From Candidatus Latescibacterota bacterium (GTDB taxonomy: Bacteria > Latescibacterota > UBA2968 > GCA-2709665), in NCBI GenBank assembly GCA_965203805.1, contig OZ241917.1, positions 3,840,001-3,904,000 of the forward strand: a stretch of DNA of 64,000 nt. Reading direction: 5' to 3'. The position numbers and the translations under genes were made by a program. This document shows, one piece after another, positions 9,693-20,055 of this stretch (position 1 is its first letter; each line of letters begins with the position of its first letter). Under the pieces are notes generated by a model, which saw only the letters and a program-made list of their open reading frames with translations, had not been told where the DNA came from and ran no database searches.

Positions 9693-9726
9693 ATGGCGGC
9701 CGAGACGGCCGCCATAGTTTTTTGTT
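9693..9726 (+). terminator. Intrinsic terminator after darT
   Basis: ATGGCGGCCG-AGA-CGGCCGCCAT followed by a T-run. Confidence 0.7.
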
Positions 9727-9997
9727 CGGAGTCTCGTAAAGCTCTCATACTGTAAACATACGATACCGGTAACACAACACTGATCCGAACTGCGAATCTT
9801 CGAATGTTTCGGCTTGGCGGCAAGCAACGTGAATCGTTCCAGAAATTCGACCTGCGCTGAGATGGATTGCCACCAAACTCTGCCCAATTGTACAATTGAC
9901 GAATACGGTATTCTTGTCCGCCAAACGCAGGAAACGGACGAGAATATGACCGAACGGAACCAATACTCAAATGACAGATGAAATATCGCATCGGTTT

Positions 9998-11344
9998 TCA
10001 GCGTCGCGTCTGAAGCGCGTCGTCGACGGCCGAAACCAGCTGATCGATGTGCCGGTCTTCCATCGGCAATGAGACGTTGCCGCCGAGTTTCCAGTATATC
10101 CCCCGGTTGAGCAGGGCGAAGAACAGCCACCGGTGCAACTGCTGGTTGTCGCGGGCGGCCTCCCGGTAGTTGCGGGGTTTTTCGGGAAGAAAGTGGACGC
10201 GGAAGAGGGAACCGGCGGTCGTCACCCCGGCCTGAAGGCCGGCGTCCAGGAAAACGCGTTCGAGCCGGTCGGCAAGGCGCCGGGTGAGCGTATCCAGCCT
10301 TTCGTAGGCGTCCGGCGTGAGCAGTCGAAGGGTCGTGAGGCCCGCGACGACGGCGATGGGGTTGGCGTTATACGTGCCGGAATGGGGAATCTGCGGATTG
10401 CCGCCCGTGGGATTGTAGAGGTCCAGGACGTCGGAGCGTCCGCCGACCACGGCACCGGGGGTGCCGCCGGCGACGACTTTGCCCAGGCACGTCAGGTCCG
10501 GGCGCACGCCATACGTTTCCTGCGCACCGCCGCGGGCAATGCGGAAGCTGACGATCTCGTCGAAGATGAGCAGGATGCCGGCGCGTTCCGTGATTTCGCG
10601 GAGACGAGAAAGGAAGCCGTTAACCGGCAGGGTAAAGCCGGCGGCCGTGGAAAGGGGATCGACCACCACCGCGGCCAGTTCGTCCCGGTGTTCGTTGATG
10701 ATCCCGTCGCAGGCGTCAGGGTCGTTAAACGGGAGGACGATAACATTCCCGATGGCCTCGGGCGTCAGGCCGCGTGAAGAGGGCACGGATTCAGGCCTGT
10801 CGGGCGGCCCCAGAGTCCCGTCTGCGGGAGGAAGATAGCTAACCATAACGTATTCGTCCATCCCGTGGTACGCGCCTTCGAACTTGGCGATTTTCATTCT
10901 GCCGGTGAACGCACGGGCGGCGCGGATGGCATTCAGGATGGCTTCGGTACCCGAGCTGCAGAAGCGCACCTTTTCAAACGAACCGACGCGGTTCTTCAGG
11001 AATTCCGCCATTTCGACTTCGAGGGCCAGCGGCCGCGAGAAGCCTGTGCCCTGGGCTATACGCTCCTGGAGGGCGGCGACGATTTCGGGATGCGCGTGGC
11101 CCAGGATGAGGGCGGTATTGTTGTTCACGAAATCGAGAAGCCTGTGGCCGTCCAGGTCGATGAGGTGAACGCCTTCGCCTCTATCGGCGTAGACCGGGTA
11201 CGGGTCGAAGTGCACGCCGGTGCGCGTATTTCCGCCCGGCAGAGACGCCTGTGCGCGTCTGAACATATCCCGGGATCTCGGGTGGTTGTCCATGTATTCG
11301 GCAATCTGCCGGTCCAGCGATGCCCGTATGGTTCCAGCGTCCAT
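9998..11344 (-). CDS. Class III PLP aminotransferase (glutamate-1-semialdehyde aminomutase-like)
   Basis: SLPGGNTR, LGHAHP, RFCSSGTEA, KFEGAYHG, LIFDEIVSFR, PDLTCLGKVVAGG and SGTYNANP. Start set at MDAG. Confidence 0.88.
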   Translation of the reverse strand: MDAGTIRASLDRQIAEYMDNHPRSRDMFRRAQASLPGGNTRTGVHFDPYPVYADRGEGVHLIDLDGHRLLDFVNNNTALILGHAHPEIVAALQERIAQGTGFSRPLALEVEMAEFLKNRVGSFEKVRFCSSGTEAILNAIRAARAFTGRMKIAKFEGAYHGMDEYVMVSYLPPADGTLGPPDRPESVPSSRGLTPEAIGNVIVLPFNDPDACDGIINEHRDELAAVVVDPLSTAAGFTLPVNGFLSRLREITERAGILLIFDEIVSFRIARGGAQETYGVRPDLTCLGKVVAGGTPGAVVGGRSDVLDLYNPTGGNPQIPHSGTYNANPIAVVAGLTTLRLLTPDAYERLDTLTRRLADRLERVFLDAGLQAGVTTAGSLFRVHFLPEKPRNYREAARDNQQLHRWLFFALLNRGIYWKLGGNVSLPMEDRHIDQLVSAVDDALQTRR

Positions 11345-11584
11345 GCATTCCTCGCTGCGGGTGTGGCGGGCGTCGAAGACGGAGAGGGGAACTTCCTCCC
11401 GCCGATTTCTCTGAATGGTCTCATAATACCGAAAAATATCACGCCATTTCAACTGTTGTTTGCAGGCTCAGGCAAGGGGTCGGCAGGAGGCGGAAGGGGT
11501 TGACTTACCCCGGATACAGGTGTAGCATATAGGATGTGTTTCAGTCTGGTTGGCGTGATTTCGACGTTGGATGGAGGTGTCGTT

Positions 11585-12571
11585 ATGGCGGGTCTTTCGG
11601 GCGAAGGGTTGCCGGCGCTTACCGGGGACCTCTCGATGGCGAAGTCAAATATCGATCGATTCGGATATTGTTTGCTGAAGGACGCGTTGAGCCAGGACCA
11701 GGTGGCGGCCATGCGGGCAAGGCTGGTGGAGCAGGCGGCGGCGGAGAGACAACTGGGCGCCGCGTACGAAGACGGAGGACCGGACCAGAACTGGGGGTCG
11801 TTCCGGGACGAAACCGGCCGGGTGCGGCCGGACGCCTTCACGGCGGCCGCCGGGGGCGTCAACCAGCGGCTCTGGATGTTGATCAACAAGGGACGGGTGT
11901 TTCACCAGGTGCTGTTTCAGGAGCGGGTGCGGGAGGTGGTGAGCCACGTTCTGGGCGATGAGTACCTGCTTTCCAGCTTTACCGCGAATATCGCCAAGGC
12001 CGGCGGCGTGGAGATGGATCTGCACACCGACCAGTGGTGGATGCCCTCACCCACACGCCCCGGCAGGAAGGCAATGCCGGTGGGCTCGATTACTCGAGAG
12101 CGGTTCGATGCAGACGGAGAAGGAGCGCCGTGGATGATTGCGCCGCCGGCAGCGGTGAACGTGTTGTGGATGCTCGTGGAATTCACCGCCGGAAACGGGG
12201 GGACGCGAGTTGTGCCTGGAAGCCACCTGTTCGGGAGGCAGCCGGAAAAGGATTCGAATGCGGATGCGGTTGCCGCGGAAGGACCGGCCGGCACGGCCCT
12301 GGTCATCGACGCGCGAATCTGGCATGGTACCGGGGCCAACGTGACCGGGGGCGAAAGGCTTGCGCTGCTTACGACCTTCTGCGGGCCGCAGTTCCGGCCC
12401 CAGGAAAATCTCACCGTGGGCACGTCGCCGGAGGTGTTGAACGACGCCTCTCCTGAGTTGCTGGCGCTGCTGGGATTCAAGGTGTGGAACGCGTACGGCC
12501 GCATCGAAAACCCGGCGGTGGAGTTCATTTCGCCTGGCGAATCGTCGCTGGGAGCACTGCGGCCGGAGTAA
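11585..12571 (+). CDS. Phytanoyl-CoA dioxygenase (PhyH) family Fe/2OG oxygenase
   Basis: HxD (LHTDQ), NGGTRVVPGSH and distal His in IWHGTGAN. GGAGGTG RBS before ATG 11585. Confidence 0.88.
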   Translation: MAGLSGEGLPALTGDLSMAKSNIDRFGYCLLKDALSQDQVAAMRARLVEQAAAERQLGAAYEDGGPDQNWGSFRDETGRVRPDAFTAAAGGVNQRLWMLINKGRVFHQVLFQERVREVVSHVLGDEYLLSSFTANIAKAGGVEMDLHTDQWWMPSPTRPGRKAMPVGSITRERFDADGEGAPWMIAPPAAVNVLWMLVEFTAGNGGTRVVPGSHLFGRQPEKDSNADAVAAEGPAGTALVIDARIWHGTGANVTGGERLALLTTFCGPQFRPQENLTVGTSPEVLNDASPELLALLGFKVWNAYGRIENPAVEFISPGESSLGALRPE

Positions 12572-12575
12572 CGCA

Positions 12576-12839
12576 ATGGCGCCCCGAGAGCGGGTTGAAC
12601 GCAGGACCATTTCGATCCACTGCGCCAGGTGCCGGACGTTGCTCTACAAGTACCGCAAAGGCGGCCGGGGCGGGCTGGTCAAGTGCATCGTGGAACGGAT
12701 TGTGGAGGACAACACTCACGGAGATCTGAAGTGTCCGGACTGCGGCCAGGCATTTGCGCGGGACCGGATGATGGGCGGGCGGCCGGCGCACAAGATCATC
12801 CAGGGCAAGGTGTATACCAGGGGGATGTCGAGAAAGTGA
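12576..12839 (+). CDS. Small Zn-ribbon protein
   Basis: CARC...LYKYRKGG.G.LVKC...CPDCG. Tightly packed in the operon. Confidence 0.7.
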   Translation: MAPRERVERRTISIHCARCRTLLYKYRKGGRGGLVKCIVERIVEDNTHGDLKCPDCGQAFARDRMMGGRPAHKIIQGKVYTRGMSRK

Positions 12840-12858
12840 TTTCAGTCAGGAGACGATA

Positions 12859-13398
12859 ATGGCCGAAGGACGCGCGACGTTCGGAGGAGGATGCTTCTGG
12901 TGCGTGGAAGCGTTTTATCAGGACCTGAATGGGGTGCTGGAGGTGGTTTCCGGCTATGCGGGAGGGTCGGCCCCGAATCCGACCTACCATGAGGTCTGCG
13001 AGGGAATCACGGGCCATGCCGAGGTGGTTCAGATCCGATTCGATCCCGACTCGGTTTCCTACGGGGACCTGCTGGACGTTTTCTGGCGCACACACGACCC
13101 CACAACGCTGAACCGCCAGGGGGCGGACGTGGGCACACAGTACCGGTCGGTGATACTCTATCACGACGAGCAACAGCGGGCGGAAGCGGAACGATCCATG
13201 GCGGAGACGGATGCGTCGGACCTTTGGTCGGACCCGATCGTGACGGAGGTCTCGCCGCTGACGGAATTTTACCGGGCCGAGGATTACCATCAGAACTACT
13301 ACCGTTCGAATCGCGACCAGCCGTATTGCATGTTCGTTATTGATCCGAAGATGCAGTGGTTCAGAAAGGCGTTTCAGGAACGGTTGAAGACAGGGTAA
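12859..13398 (+). CDS. msrA: Peptide-methionine (S)-S-oxide reductase
   Basis: GGGCFWCVE, SGYAGG, TGHAEVVQ, HDPTTLNRQGADVGTQYRS and AEDYHQNYY. Confidence 0.97.
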   Translation: MAEGRATFGGGCFWCVEAFYQDLNGVLEVVSGYAGGSAPNPTYHEVCEGITGHAEVVQIRFDPDSVSYGDLLDVFWRTHDPTTLNRQGADVGTQYRSVILYHDEQQRAEAERSMAETDASDLWSDPIVTEVSPLTEFYRAEDYHQNYYRSNRDQPYCMFVIDPKMQWFRKAFQERLKTG

Positions 13399-13402
13399 CG
13401 GG

Positions 13403-15628
13403 ATGGCCGACGGGAGGTATGGATTCACACTGGCGGTGACGTCGGCGCTGCCCATGGATCTTGGGCGCATTCCGATGTCGGTGGAGATCGATTTCGGCCG
13501 TATGGCGCGGCAGGTCGACGCCATGGGGGTTTTCGACCCGAATTCCATTGAAGTCGTCAATGCGGTTTCGGGTGAGGCGATCGCGTTCGCCCGCACCGAG
13601 GACTTCGCCTATGGCGACCGGGGAAGGATCGAATGGACGATCGACGATCCCACCCATACGGAGTACGAGATCCGCTTTCGCACCGCGCCCGAGAGACCGC
13701 CGTTGCGGCCGCAGGAGTACACGCCCATGATCGGCGTCGGAGATCTGCTGCGGTACAATGCGGGGGCGCCGCGCCCGATATCACTCGCCCATTCGATGCG
13801 GCTCGTAGACATCACCGGCAACGGTCGCGCCGATCTGGCGGGCTGCTGGAATTACTATTACCGACCGGGGTCGCCGGTCAGCGGGATCGTATGTTATCCC
13901 CGTGAAGGGCCGGATGAGGACTTCACGTTCGGAGATCTCGTCCGGTTGCGGTACCTGGAAGAGCGGGGATCGCGCGAACTCAAGCAATTCCCGGACGTGT
14001 ACGCCGAGGCGGATTTTGGGGATCTGACCGGTAACGGGCTGCCTGATATCGTGTACGCGGGAATGCGTGATAATGGAGTGACGGTCTACCTCAATTCAGG
14101 AACGCGAGACGGGGGCGGGTTGCCCGTCTTCGTGAAGGACATTGAGATTCCTGCGCCGGTTGCCCAGAACGCCGGGATTCAGATCGTCGATCTGAGCGGG
14201 AACGCCACGCTGGATTTGGTGGTCAACGGACATTATATCCGGAATCTGAATCCGGACGGCTGGCCGTTCATAGCCGCCGATCCGGTGGATCTCTCGGTTG
14301 GAAAGCAACTCGCGTTTATGGATCTGGACGGTGACGGCCTGCCGGACGTTATGGCGATGCCGGTTGGCGGGTGCGACCATCCACTCACCTGGCGGAAGCA
14401 TCTGGGCGGTGACCCGCCCCGGTTCGGGCCGGAACGGAAGCTGAACGGCCTGGAACACGAATTCTGCAGCCGGCTCGGCACGGTAACGGACGGCAAACGG
14501 AGCGGCATTCTGGTGCAGCACAATATGTACCAGAATCTTTCATTCTACGAGTTGATTGGCGCGCGCGGCGGCCAGCCGCGTTTCGAACACCGGGGAAGAG
14601 CCCGCTCGATCTCGGCGGTGATGTCATTGAGCGATCAGGCGTGGCCTTGTTCGTGCGACTGGAACGGCGACGGTGTCTTCGACCTCGTCATCGGAGGGGG
14701 TTACGGGTGGCCTCGCGTGGTCGTCAACAACCGGAGCAATGAGCGGCCGGCCTGGTCGGAGCCTGAGGTGATCTGTTCCGAGGGCAAACCCATCCGGGTA
14801 ATGCGCGACGAGATTTTGCACAGCCGTCACTGGCACAATATGGGGTACCCGTATCCCGTATTCGTGGACTGGGACGGCGACGGCCTTCCGGACCTGATGT
14901 TGCCGAACGAAACGAACCGGATCGTCTGGTATCGAAATACCGGAACGCCGGATGAACCCGGGTTTGGCCCCCGCAGGTTTCTTGAAGTGGATGGATTCCC
15001 GGATTCCGATGAGCTTCGTGCGGAATCTGGCAAGGCGGCGGCCGACGAGACCCTCCCCAACAGTCCCTATCCCCGCGATGCGCGTTCGCCGTTTTTCTGG
15101 CGGTCCGGCGCGGCGTTCGCGGACTGGAACGGCGACGGGATGATGGATTTCATCGCACACGACCATACGCGCAAAGCGACGCTGTTCCTTCAGTATCGGG
15201 ACGACGAGGGCCGCCGCAGACTCAAACGAGGCGATCATGTGCGGCTGGTGGACGGGCGGAAGATCGACGATTCCATCGTGGGCCGGACAAAGCACTGGAC
15301 CGAATCTTTCCGCGCCGTGGATTGGGACGGGAACGGGTTGATCGACCTGGTGTATAACCTTGCCGGGACGGGAAAGATCTACCTGCTGCGCAACGTGGGT
15401 TCTACGGATGCGCCGGTTTTCGACCTTCCGAGAGAATTCAGGTGCTACGGCGAGGAGATTGCGTTTACCGTACATGGCCCGAACGCGTGGCCTGGAGACC
15501 TGAATGGCGACGGAAAGCCCGATCTGCTGGGATGCGTGGAGTGGAGCGTGTACCCGTTTTTCTGTCACGCGGCCCTGGAGATGGAGCGTCACCCCGCGTA
15601 CACGATCGGGCCGGTGCTGGACCTATAG
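13403..15628 (+). CDS. FG-GAP/VCBS repeat beta-propeller protein
   Basis: Many D(W/L)(N/D)GDG..D(L/I) repeats. Confidence 0.85.
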   Translation: MADGRYGFTLAVTSALPMDLGRIPMSVEIDFGRMARQVDAMGVFDPNSIEVVNAVSGEAIAFARTEDFAYGDRGRIEWTIDDPTHTEYEIRFRTAPERPPLRPQEYTPMIGVGDLLRYNAGAPRPISLAHSMRLVDITGNGRADLAGCWNYYYRPGSPVSGIVCYPREGPDEDFTFGDLVRLRYLEERGSRELKQFPDVYAEADFGDLTGNGLPDIVYAGMRDNGVTVYLNSGTRDGGGLPVFVKDIEIPAPVAQNAGIQIVDLSGNATLDLVVNGHYIRNLNPDGWPFIAADPVDLSVGKQLAFMDLDGDGLPDVMAMPVGGCDHPLTWRKHLGGDPPRFGPERKLNGLEHEFCSRLGTVTDGKRSGILVQHNMYQNLSFYELIGARGGQPRFEHRGRARSISAVMSLSDQAWPCSCDWNGDGVFDLVIGGGYGWPRVVVNNRSNERPAWSEPEVICSEGKPIRVMRDEILHSRHWHNMGYPYPVFVDWDGDGLPDLMLPNETNRIVWYRNTGTPDEPGFGPRRFLEVDGFPDSDELRAESGKAAADETLPNSPYPRDARSPFFWRSGAAFADWNGDGMMDFIAHDHTRKATLFLQYRDDEGRRRLKRGDHVRLVDGRKIDDSIVGRTKHWTESFRAVDWDGNGLIDLVYNLAGTGKIYLLRNVGSTDAPVFDLPREFRCYGEEIAFTVHGPNAWPGDLNGDGKPDLLGCVEWSVYPFFCHAALEMERHPAYTIGPVLDL

Positions 15629-15696
15629 CCTCAAATTGAAGAAAGAAAGCCGTAAAATCGGCCACAAGAAGCACAAAAGGCACAGAAGGTATCGGT

Positions 15697-15840
15697 GCGA
15701 AACGGGGCGTAAAGGTCGTCCGGAAGGACATTTCTTCCGTTCACGTCCAGTGCCTGAAGGTTTCCGGGAATCCGACGTCAAATCGCATTTATCAACTTAC
15801 GTACATTCGATATAACGTCACCCGGGAATGACGATTCAAG
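15697..15840 (-). repeat. Inverted, diverged copy of the ~190-bp intergenic element
   Basis: The reverse complement contains CTTCAGG.CACTGGACGTGAACGGAAGAAATGTCCTTCCGGACGACCTTT, as in 19691-19884 and 20056-20249. Confidence 0.8.
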
Positions 15841-15841
15841 G

Positions 15842-16693
15842 TCAATCCGTCGTCGATGATTTGGTGATGGCCTGCCGGCGTGCGTCGTCAAGCGCGCGGT
15901 AGCAGGATTCCGCGGCGTGCCACGGGTTGTAGCCGGGCCGACCCCAGATCATGGCGCTGACTTCCGCGCCGACGGGTACTCCGGTACCGGCGTCGAGCAG
16001 GGCCTGGAAATATGCGACGAGGTCAAGGCTGCCTTCGCCAGGCAACAGGAAGGTCACGGCGCCGCCTTCCATGTACCCGTCTTTGATGTGAATGTGGACG
16101 GTGTGAGGAAGGCAGAGATACGCGGCGCGTTTGAGGTCGATGTCCTGCACGTGAAAATGGCTGTGGTCGAAGTGGATTTTAAGGTTGGGATGGCGGGTGT
16201 TCTCCATGAGCCACGCCGCTTTTTCGGGCGTGTCGAAGATCGCGCCGACGTGCGGTTCCACGGCCAGGATCACGTGATGCCCGGCTGCAATGTCCGCGAG
16301 TTCGACCAAATCGGCGGCGACGGTCTCCCTGTCGGTTGCCCAGTCAGTGAGGGGGCCGCTCACCGTGGTGGTGACGATGCCGGGGGCATCCCCATCATTC
16401 AGGTCGCCGGCGAGGACGCAGTTCTGTATGAAGCGGGCTCGCATCGCCCGCCGGTCGCTGCCCCGGGCGCACGTGGCAACCGGGCCGAAGAGGGCCGGCG
16501 CAAGGAAGCCCAGATCGCGCAATGTTCCGGCAAGTTTTCGCCGTGCGTTCCGGTCCAGCTTCCCGGGCGCGGTGGGCCATGCGTCGCCAACGGCGATTTC
16601 GATGGCGTCGTAGCCGATCGCTCGGATCTTCGGCAGGGCTTCGAATACGTCGACACGCTGTGTGGCGTAGGTGCTGAAACCGATGGGGACCAT
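15842..16693 (-). CDS. Sugar phosphate isomerase/epimerase (TIM barrel)
   Basis: IGYDAIEI, LAVEPH, FDHSH, HIHIKD, PGEGSLD and AEVS metal-binding motifs. Confidence 0.85.
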   Translation of the reverse strand: MVPIGFSTYATQRVDVFEALPKIRAIGYDAIEIAVGDAWPTAPGKLDRNARRKLAGTLRDLGFLAPALFGPVATCARGSDRRAMRARFIQNCVLAGDLNDGDAPGIVTTTVSGPLTDWATDRETVAADLVELADIAAGHHVILAVEPHVGAIFDTPEKAAWLMENTRHPNLKIHFDHSHFHVQDIDLKRAAYLCLPHTVHIHIKDGYMEGGAVTFLLPGEGSLDLVAYFQALLDAGTGVPVGAEVSAMIWGRPGYNPWHAAESCYRALDDARRQAITKSSTTD

Positions 16694-16764
16694 ATCAAAA
16701 CCGAATAAAGGAAGAATGAAGAATGAAAAACCTGAAAGCGGTGAGACGGGACGTACCTCCTATG

Positions 16765-16872
16765 CCCCTTCCCACGGGGAGGGGGAACGGTGACCCGCTC
16801 GCGGTGCCCTGGTCTTGCTTCAAGCTGTCTGCTCCCCCTCTCCCCTTGGGAGAGGGGGTTGGGGGGTGAGGG
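16765..16872. repeat. Composite REP-like hairpin element
   Basis: CCCCTTCC..GGAGGGGG hairpin, then CAAGCTGTCTGCT, then CCCCCTCTCCCCTTGGGAGAGGGGGTTGGGGGGTGAGGG. Related copies at 27231, 30115 and 32155. Confidence 0.75.
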
Positions 16873-16986
16873 TTTCCCACGGGAAAGGGCCGGAGCGAGG
16901 TTGCTGCTTTTCGAAGATAGCGAACGAATCCCCTGTGTCAAGGCGCGTCGGGATGGAGGCACGGAGTTTCAAAAAGAGAGCTCGAT

Positions 16987-18225
16987 ATGGAACGGATCAA
17001 CCTGGGTCTGGTAGGGTGCGGCGGCATGGGAACGCGGCACCTCTATGGTCTCCGGACGCTTGCACGGTCACCATTCAACAGGATCGACTTGCGGGCGCTG
17101 TGCGACATCAATCGGGACAATGCCCGGTTGGCGGCCGCGGAAGCCAGGAAGCTGTTGGGTGTGGAGCCGGCGATCTTTACAGACCTGGAGGCAATGGCCG
17201 CCGCGATGCCGGAACTGGATGCTGTCGATGTGGTGACCGATCCTGCGGTGCATCACGAGGTTGTCTGCGCGGCACTGGACCTGGGCCTGCATGTGATGGT
17301 GGAAAAGCCGATGGCGATTACCGTGCGGGCCTGTCTGATGATGATTCAGGCGGCGGAACGGAACCGGCGCGTGCTTTCCGTGGCTGAGAACTACCGACGG
17401 GATCCGTCGGCGCGGCTGGCGCGGCATATGGTTGGCAGCGGAGCGATCGGAGTCCCGTATATGGGCCTGTTTCACCAGGTGAGCGAGGGCGGCCGGATTT
17501 TCATCACCCCGTGGCGCCACCTCAAAAACCGCGGCGGGCCACTGCTGGACATGGGCGTGCACTATACCGACCTGATCCGCTATCAGTTGGGGGATATCCG
17601 TGAAGTGTACGGCGACGTACGGCTTGTGGAGCCGGTGCGACGAAAGGCCGAGACGATGTGGAGGCCCTATGAGTTCTACCGGAAACAATACGATGATATG
17701 GATCCTGTCGTCCGGGCCGACGCCGAGGATTCGTCCGTGGCGATGTTTCGAATGGCTGGCGGCGCGACGGTGAATTGGGTGGTTGGCCTGGGAGGATACG
17801 GGGCATGTGGTAATCAGCTGATTCTCGGTACGGAGGGATGCATCGAGGGTTTCGGAACCCGCGGCGGGCGGGTGCGGATGCGTCGCGGGCGGCGCGATTT
17901 CCAGGAGCAGGAGGAGATGCTGGCATCCACGGACGGCTTCGAGCAGGATCCCCTGTCGGCCCATTTCTTTCCGTCCGGGCAAACGTCGTCCGATCGCGAG
18001 GTCGACTGGAAACTGCTCGCCATGGAGGTTCACGAGTTGGGCGAGGCCATTGCCGAGGGCAAGGCCGTGGAGGTCGACGGAGTTGAGGGCATGAAAGACG
18101 TCGCGGCGGTATACGCGGTGTTCGAGTCCGCGGCGGCGGGACGTGCGGTGCGGATGGCGGACGTGGAAAGCGGCGAAATCGACGCCTACCAGGCGGACAT
18201 TGACGCAGCGCTGGGTATTTCGTGA
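16987..18225 (+). CDS. Gfo/Idh/MocA-family oxidoreductase
   Basis: GLVGCGGMG, HVMVEKPMA, VAENYR and GGPLLDMGVHYTD. Confidence 0.92.
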   Translation: MERINLGLVGCGGMGTRHLYGLRTLARSPFNRIDLRALCDINRDNARLAAAEARKLLGVEPAIFTDLEAMAAAMPELDAVDVVTDPAVHHEVVCAALDLGLHVMVEKPMAITVRACLMMIQAAERNRRVLSVAENYRRDPSARLARHMVGSGAIGVPYMGLFHQVSEGGRIFITPWRHLKNRGGPLLDMGVHYTDLIRYQLGDIREVYGDVRLVEPVRRKAETMWRPYEFYRKQYDDMDPVVRADAEDSSVAMFRMAGGATVNWVVGLGGYGACGNQLILGTEGCIEGFGTRGGRVRMRRGRRDFQEQEEMLASTDGFEQDPLSAHFFPSGQTSSDREVDWKLLAMEVHELGEAIAEGKAVEVDGVEGMKDVAAVYAVFESAAAGRAVRMADVESGEIDAYQADIDAALGIS

Positions 18226-18237
18226 AAGGAGCGTGAA

Positions 18238-19686
18238 GTGGCGGATGATCGACCGAACGTGGTGTTGATTACCACGGATCAGCAGAGGGGGGATTGCGTG
18301 GGTTTGGATCCGCACGCGCCGGAAGTATTGCAGACGCCCAACCTCGATTGGCTGGGCGGTACAGGGGCGTTTTTCAGCCGCGGATACTCGGAGTGTCCCA
18401 GCTGTATTCCCGCGAGGCGTTCCTTGATGACGGGTACGGCGCCCGCGGCGAATGGCGTCGTCGGGTTTCAGCCGGCGGACTGGGAGCCGGCGCATACCCT
18501 GGCGGGCGAACTCTCCAGGGCGGGCTATCAGACGGAGATGATCGGGAAGTTACACCTGTCGCCTGGGCGAAAGCGTTACGGATTCGACCATATGCAGCTT
18601 GCGGACGGCACGCGGGGAAGGGACAACGACTACGTGGACTGGTTGCGTGAGCGCCATGGACGTACGGAGTTGGATCCGGGGATGGCTCACGGGATCTCGT
18701 CGAACGGCTGGGTGGGACGGCCGCACCATCTGCCCGAGGAGCAGATGCATACGTTCTGGTGCGTGGACCGGGCAATGGCGTTTCTTCAGAAACGGGACCC
18801 CGCTGCCCCTTTCTTCCTGAATCTGTCGTTTATCGATCCACATCCGCCGTTGACGCCGCCGCGGTTCTATTATGACCGCTACATCAATCGCGATTTACCG
18901 GAACCCGTTGTGGGAGATTGGGCGCCCGAATTCGATGGGCCGCGGAAGGGGCTGGATCCCGATGCTTCGGAGATCTGTCTCAGTGTGCAGGACATGCAGT
19001 GTGCGCGCGCGGCATACTACGGAATGGTGAATTTCATCGACGACCAGATAGGTCGGCTGATTCAGTTCGCGCGGGGTCTGCTGAATGAGAGTCTTATCAT
19101 CTTCACGTCCGACCACGGTGAGATGCTCGGGGACCATCACCGGTTCCGGAAAACGTGGCCCTACGAGGCGTCGGCGCGGGTGCCGTATCTGATCAGAGCG
19201 TCGCGGAGTTGGGGGGCGCCGGAATCGGTAACCTGTCGCACGCCGGTCGGACTTCAGGACATCATGCCGACGATTCTGGATGCCTGCGGCCTGGAAGTAC
19301 CGGAGACCTGTACCGGAAGGAGCCTGGCGCCGGTGTTGCGCGGCGAATCGGAGGGCGTCCGCGATGTGTTGCACGGCGAACACTCCGGCTGCTATGCGTA
19401 CGAGCACGGAAATCACTTCGTGACCGATGGGCGCCACAAATACGTATGGTACACGCAGACCGGCCGGGAGCACCTGTTCAACCTGGACGAAGACCCGCAA
19501 GAACTGAAAGACCTGGCGATGGGCGACGGTGCGGAGGGGCGGTTGGGGCCCTGGCGAAAGCGGCTGGCGGGGTTCCTCAGAGACAGACCGGAAGGGTTCA
19601 CGGACGGGGAGACGTTGATTGCCGGCCGGGAACATCGGTCGGTGATGCCGGGATACGAACCGGCGCGGATGTTTCCGTTTCTTTAG
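18238..19686 (+). CDS. Formylglycine-dependent sulfatase
   Basis: RPNVVLITTDQQRGD, CxPxR motif (CIPARRSLMTG), GKLH, PHPP and TSDHGEMLG. Confidence 0.93.
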   Translation: MADDRPNVVLITTDQQRGDCVGLDPHAPEVLQTPNLDWLGGTGAFFSRGYSECPSCIPARRSLMTGTAPAANGVVGFQPADWEPAHTLAGELSRAGYQTEMIGKLHLSPGRKRYGFDHMQLADGTRGRDNDYVDWLRERHGRTELDPGMAHGISSNGWVGRPHHLPEEQMHTFWCVDRAMAFLQKRDPAAPFFLNLSFIDPHPPLTPPRFYYDRYINRDLPEPVVGDWAPEFDGPRKGLDPDASEICLSVQDMQCARAAYYGMVNFIDDQIGRLIQFARGLLNESLIIFTSDHGEMLGDHHRFRKTWPYEASARVPYLIRASRSWGAPESVTCRTPVGLQDIMPTILDACGLEVPETCTGRSLAPVLRGESEGVRDVLHGEHSGCYAYEHGNHFVTDGRHKYVWYTQTGREHLFNLDEDPQELKDLAMGDGAEGRLGPWRKRLAGFLRDRPEGFTDGETLIAGREHRSVMPGYEPARMFPFL

Positions 19687-19690
19687 GTTG

Positions 19691-19884
19691 AACTTTGATT
19701 CGTCATTTTTCGGGGACGTTAATTCGAAAATGTGCAAGTGAATAAAGGCGATTTAACTGCTGATTTCTATGATGCTTCAGGTCACCGGACGTGAACGGAA
19801 AAAATGTCCTTCCGGACGACCTTTTCGGCCCAATTCGAAAGGCTTTGTCGCGACGCCGCGTTGCTGATTTTGTCGCACTAAGGT
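19691..19884 (+). repeat. ~194-bp direct repeat, copy A
   Basis: Near-identical to 20056-20249. Confidence 0.9.
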
Positions 19885-20055
19885 GAATCCCCCACGGCCG
19901 CCGCTGCTGGTTTCAATTGCAGGGGCTGGTGACGCCCGCTATATTTCAATGGCCTTTTCAATACGAGGATCGTCACAATCACCCCAACCGTACCCACTGG
20001 CACCTGCCTGGCTGTGGCTGAGCAGAGCGAAGCCGCGCCAGCGGGAATAATTCTT

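Noticed and set aside
9998-11344. hemL assignment
   Set aside because: It lacks the typical GGVNSPVR motif (it has GGNTR) and has no tetrapyrrole gene neighbours.
17068-18495. Long antisense or overlapping ORFs (also 30325-31512, 30626-31804, 35482-36648, 43098-44357)
   Set aside because: These are GC-rich shadow frames over well-supported genes and have no recognisable motifs.
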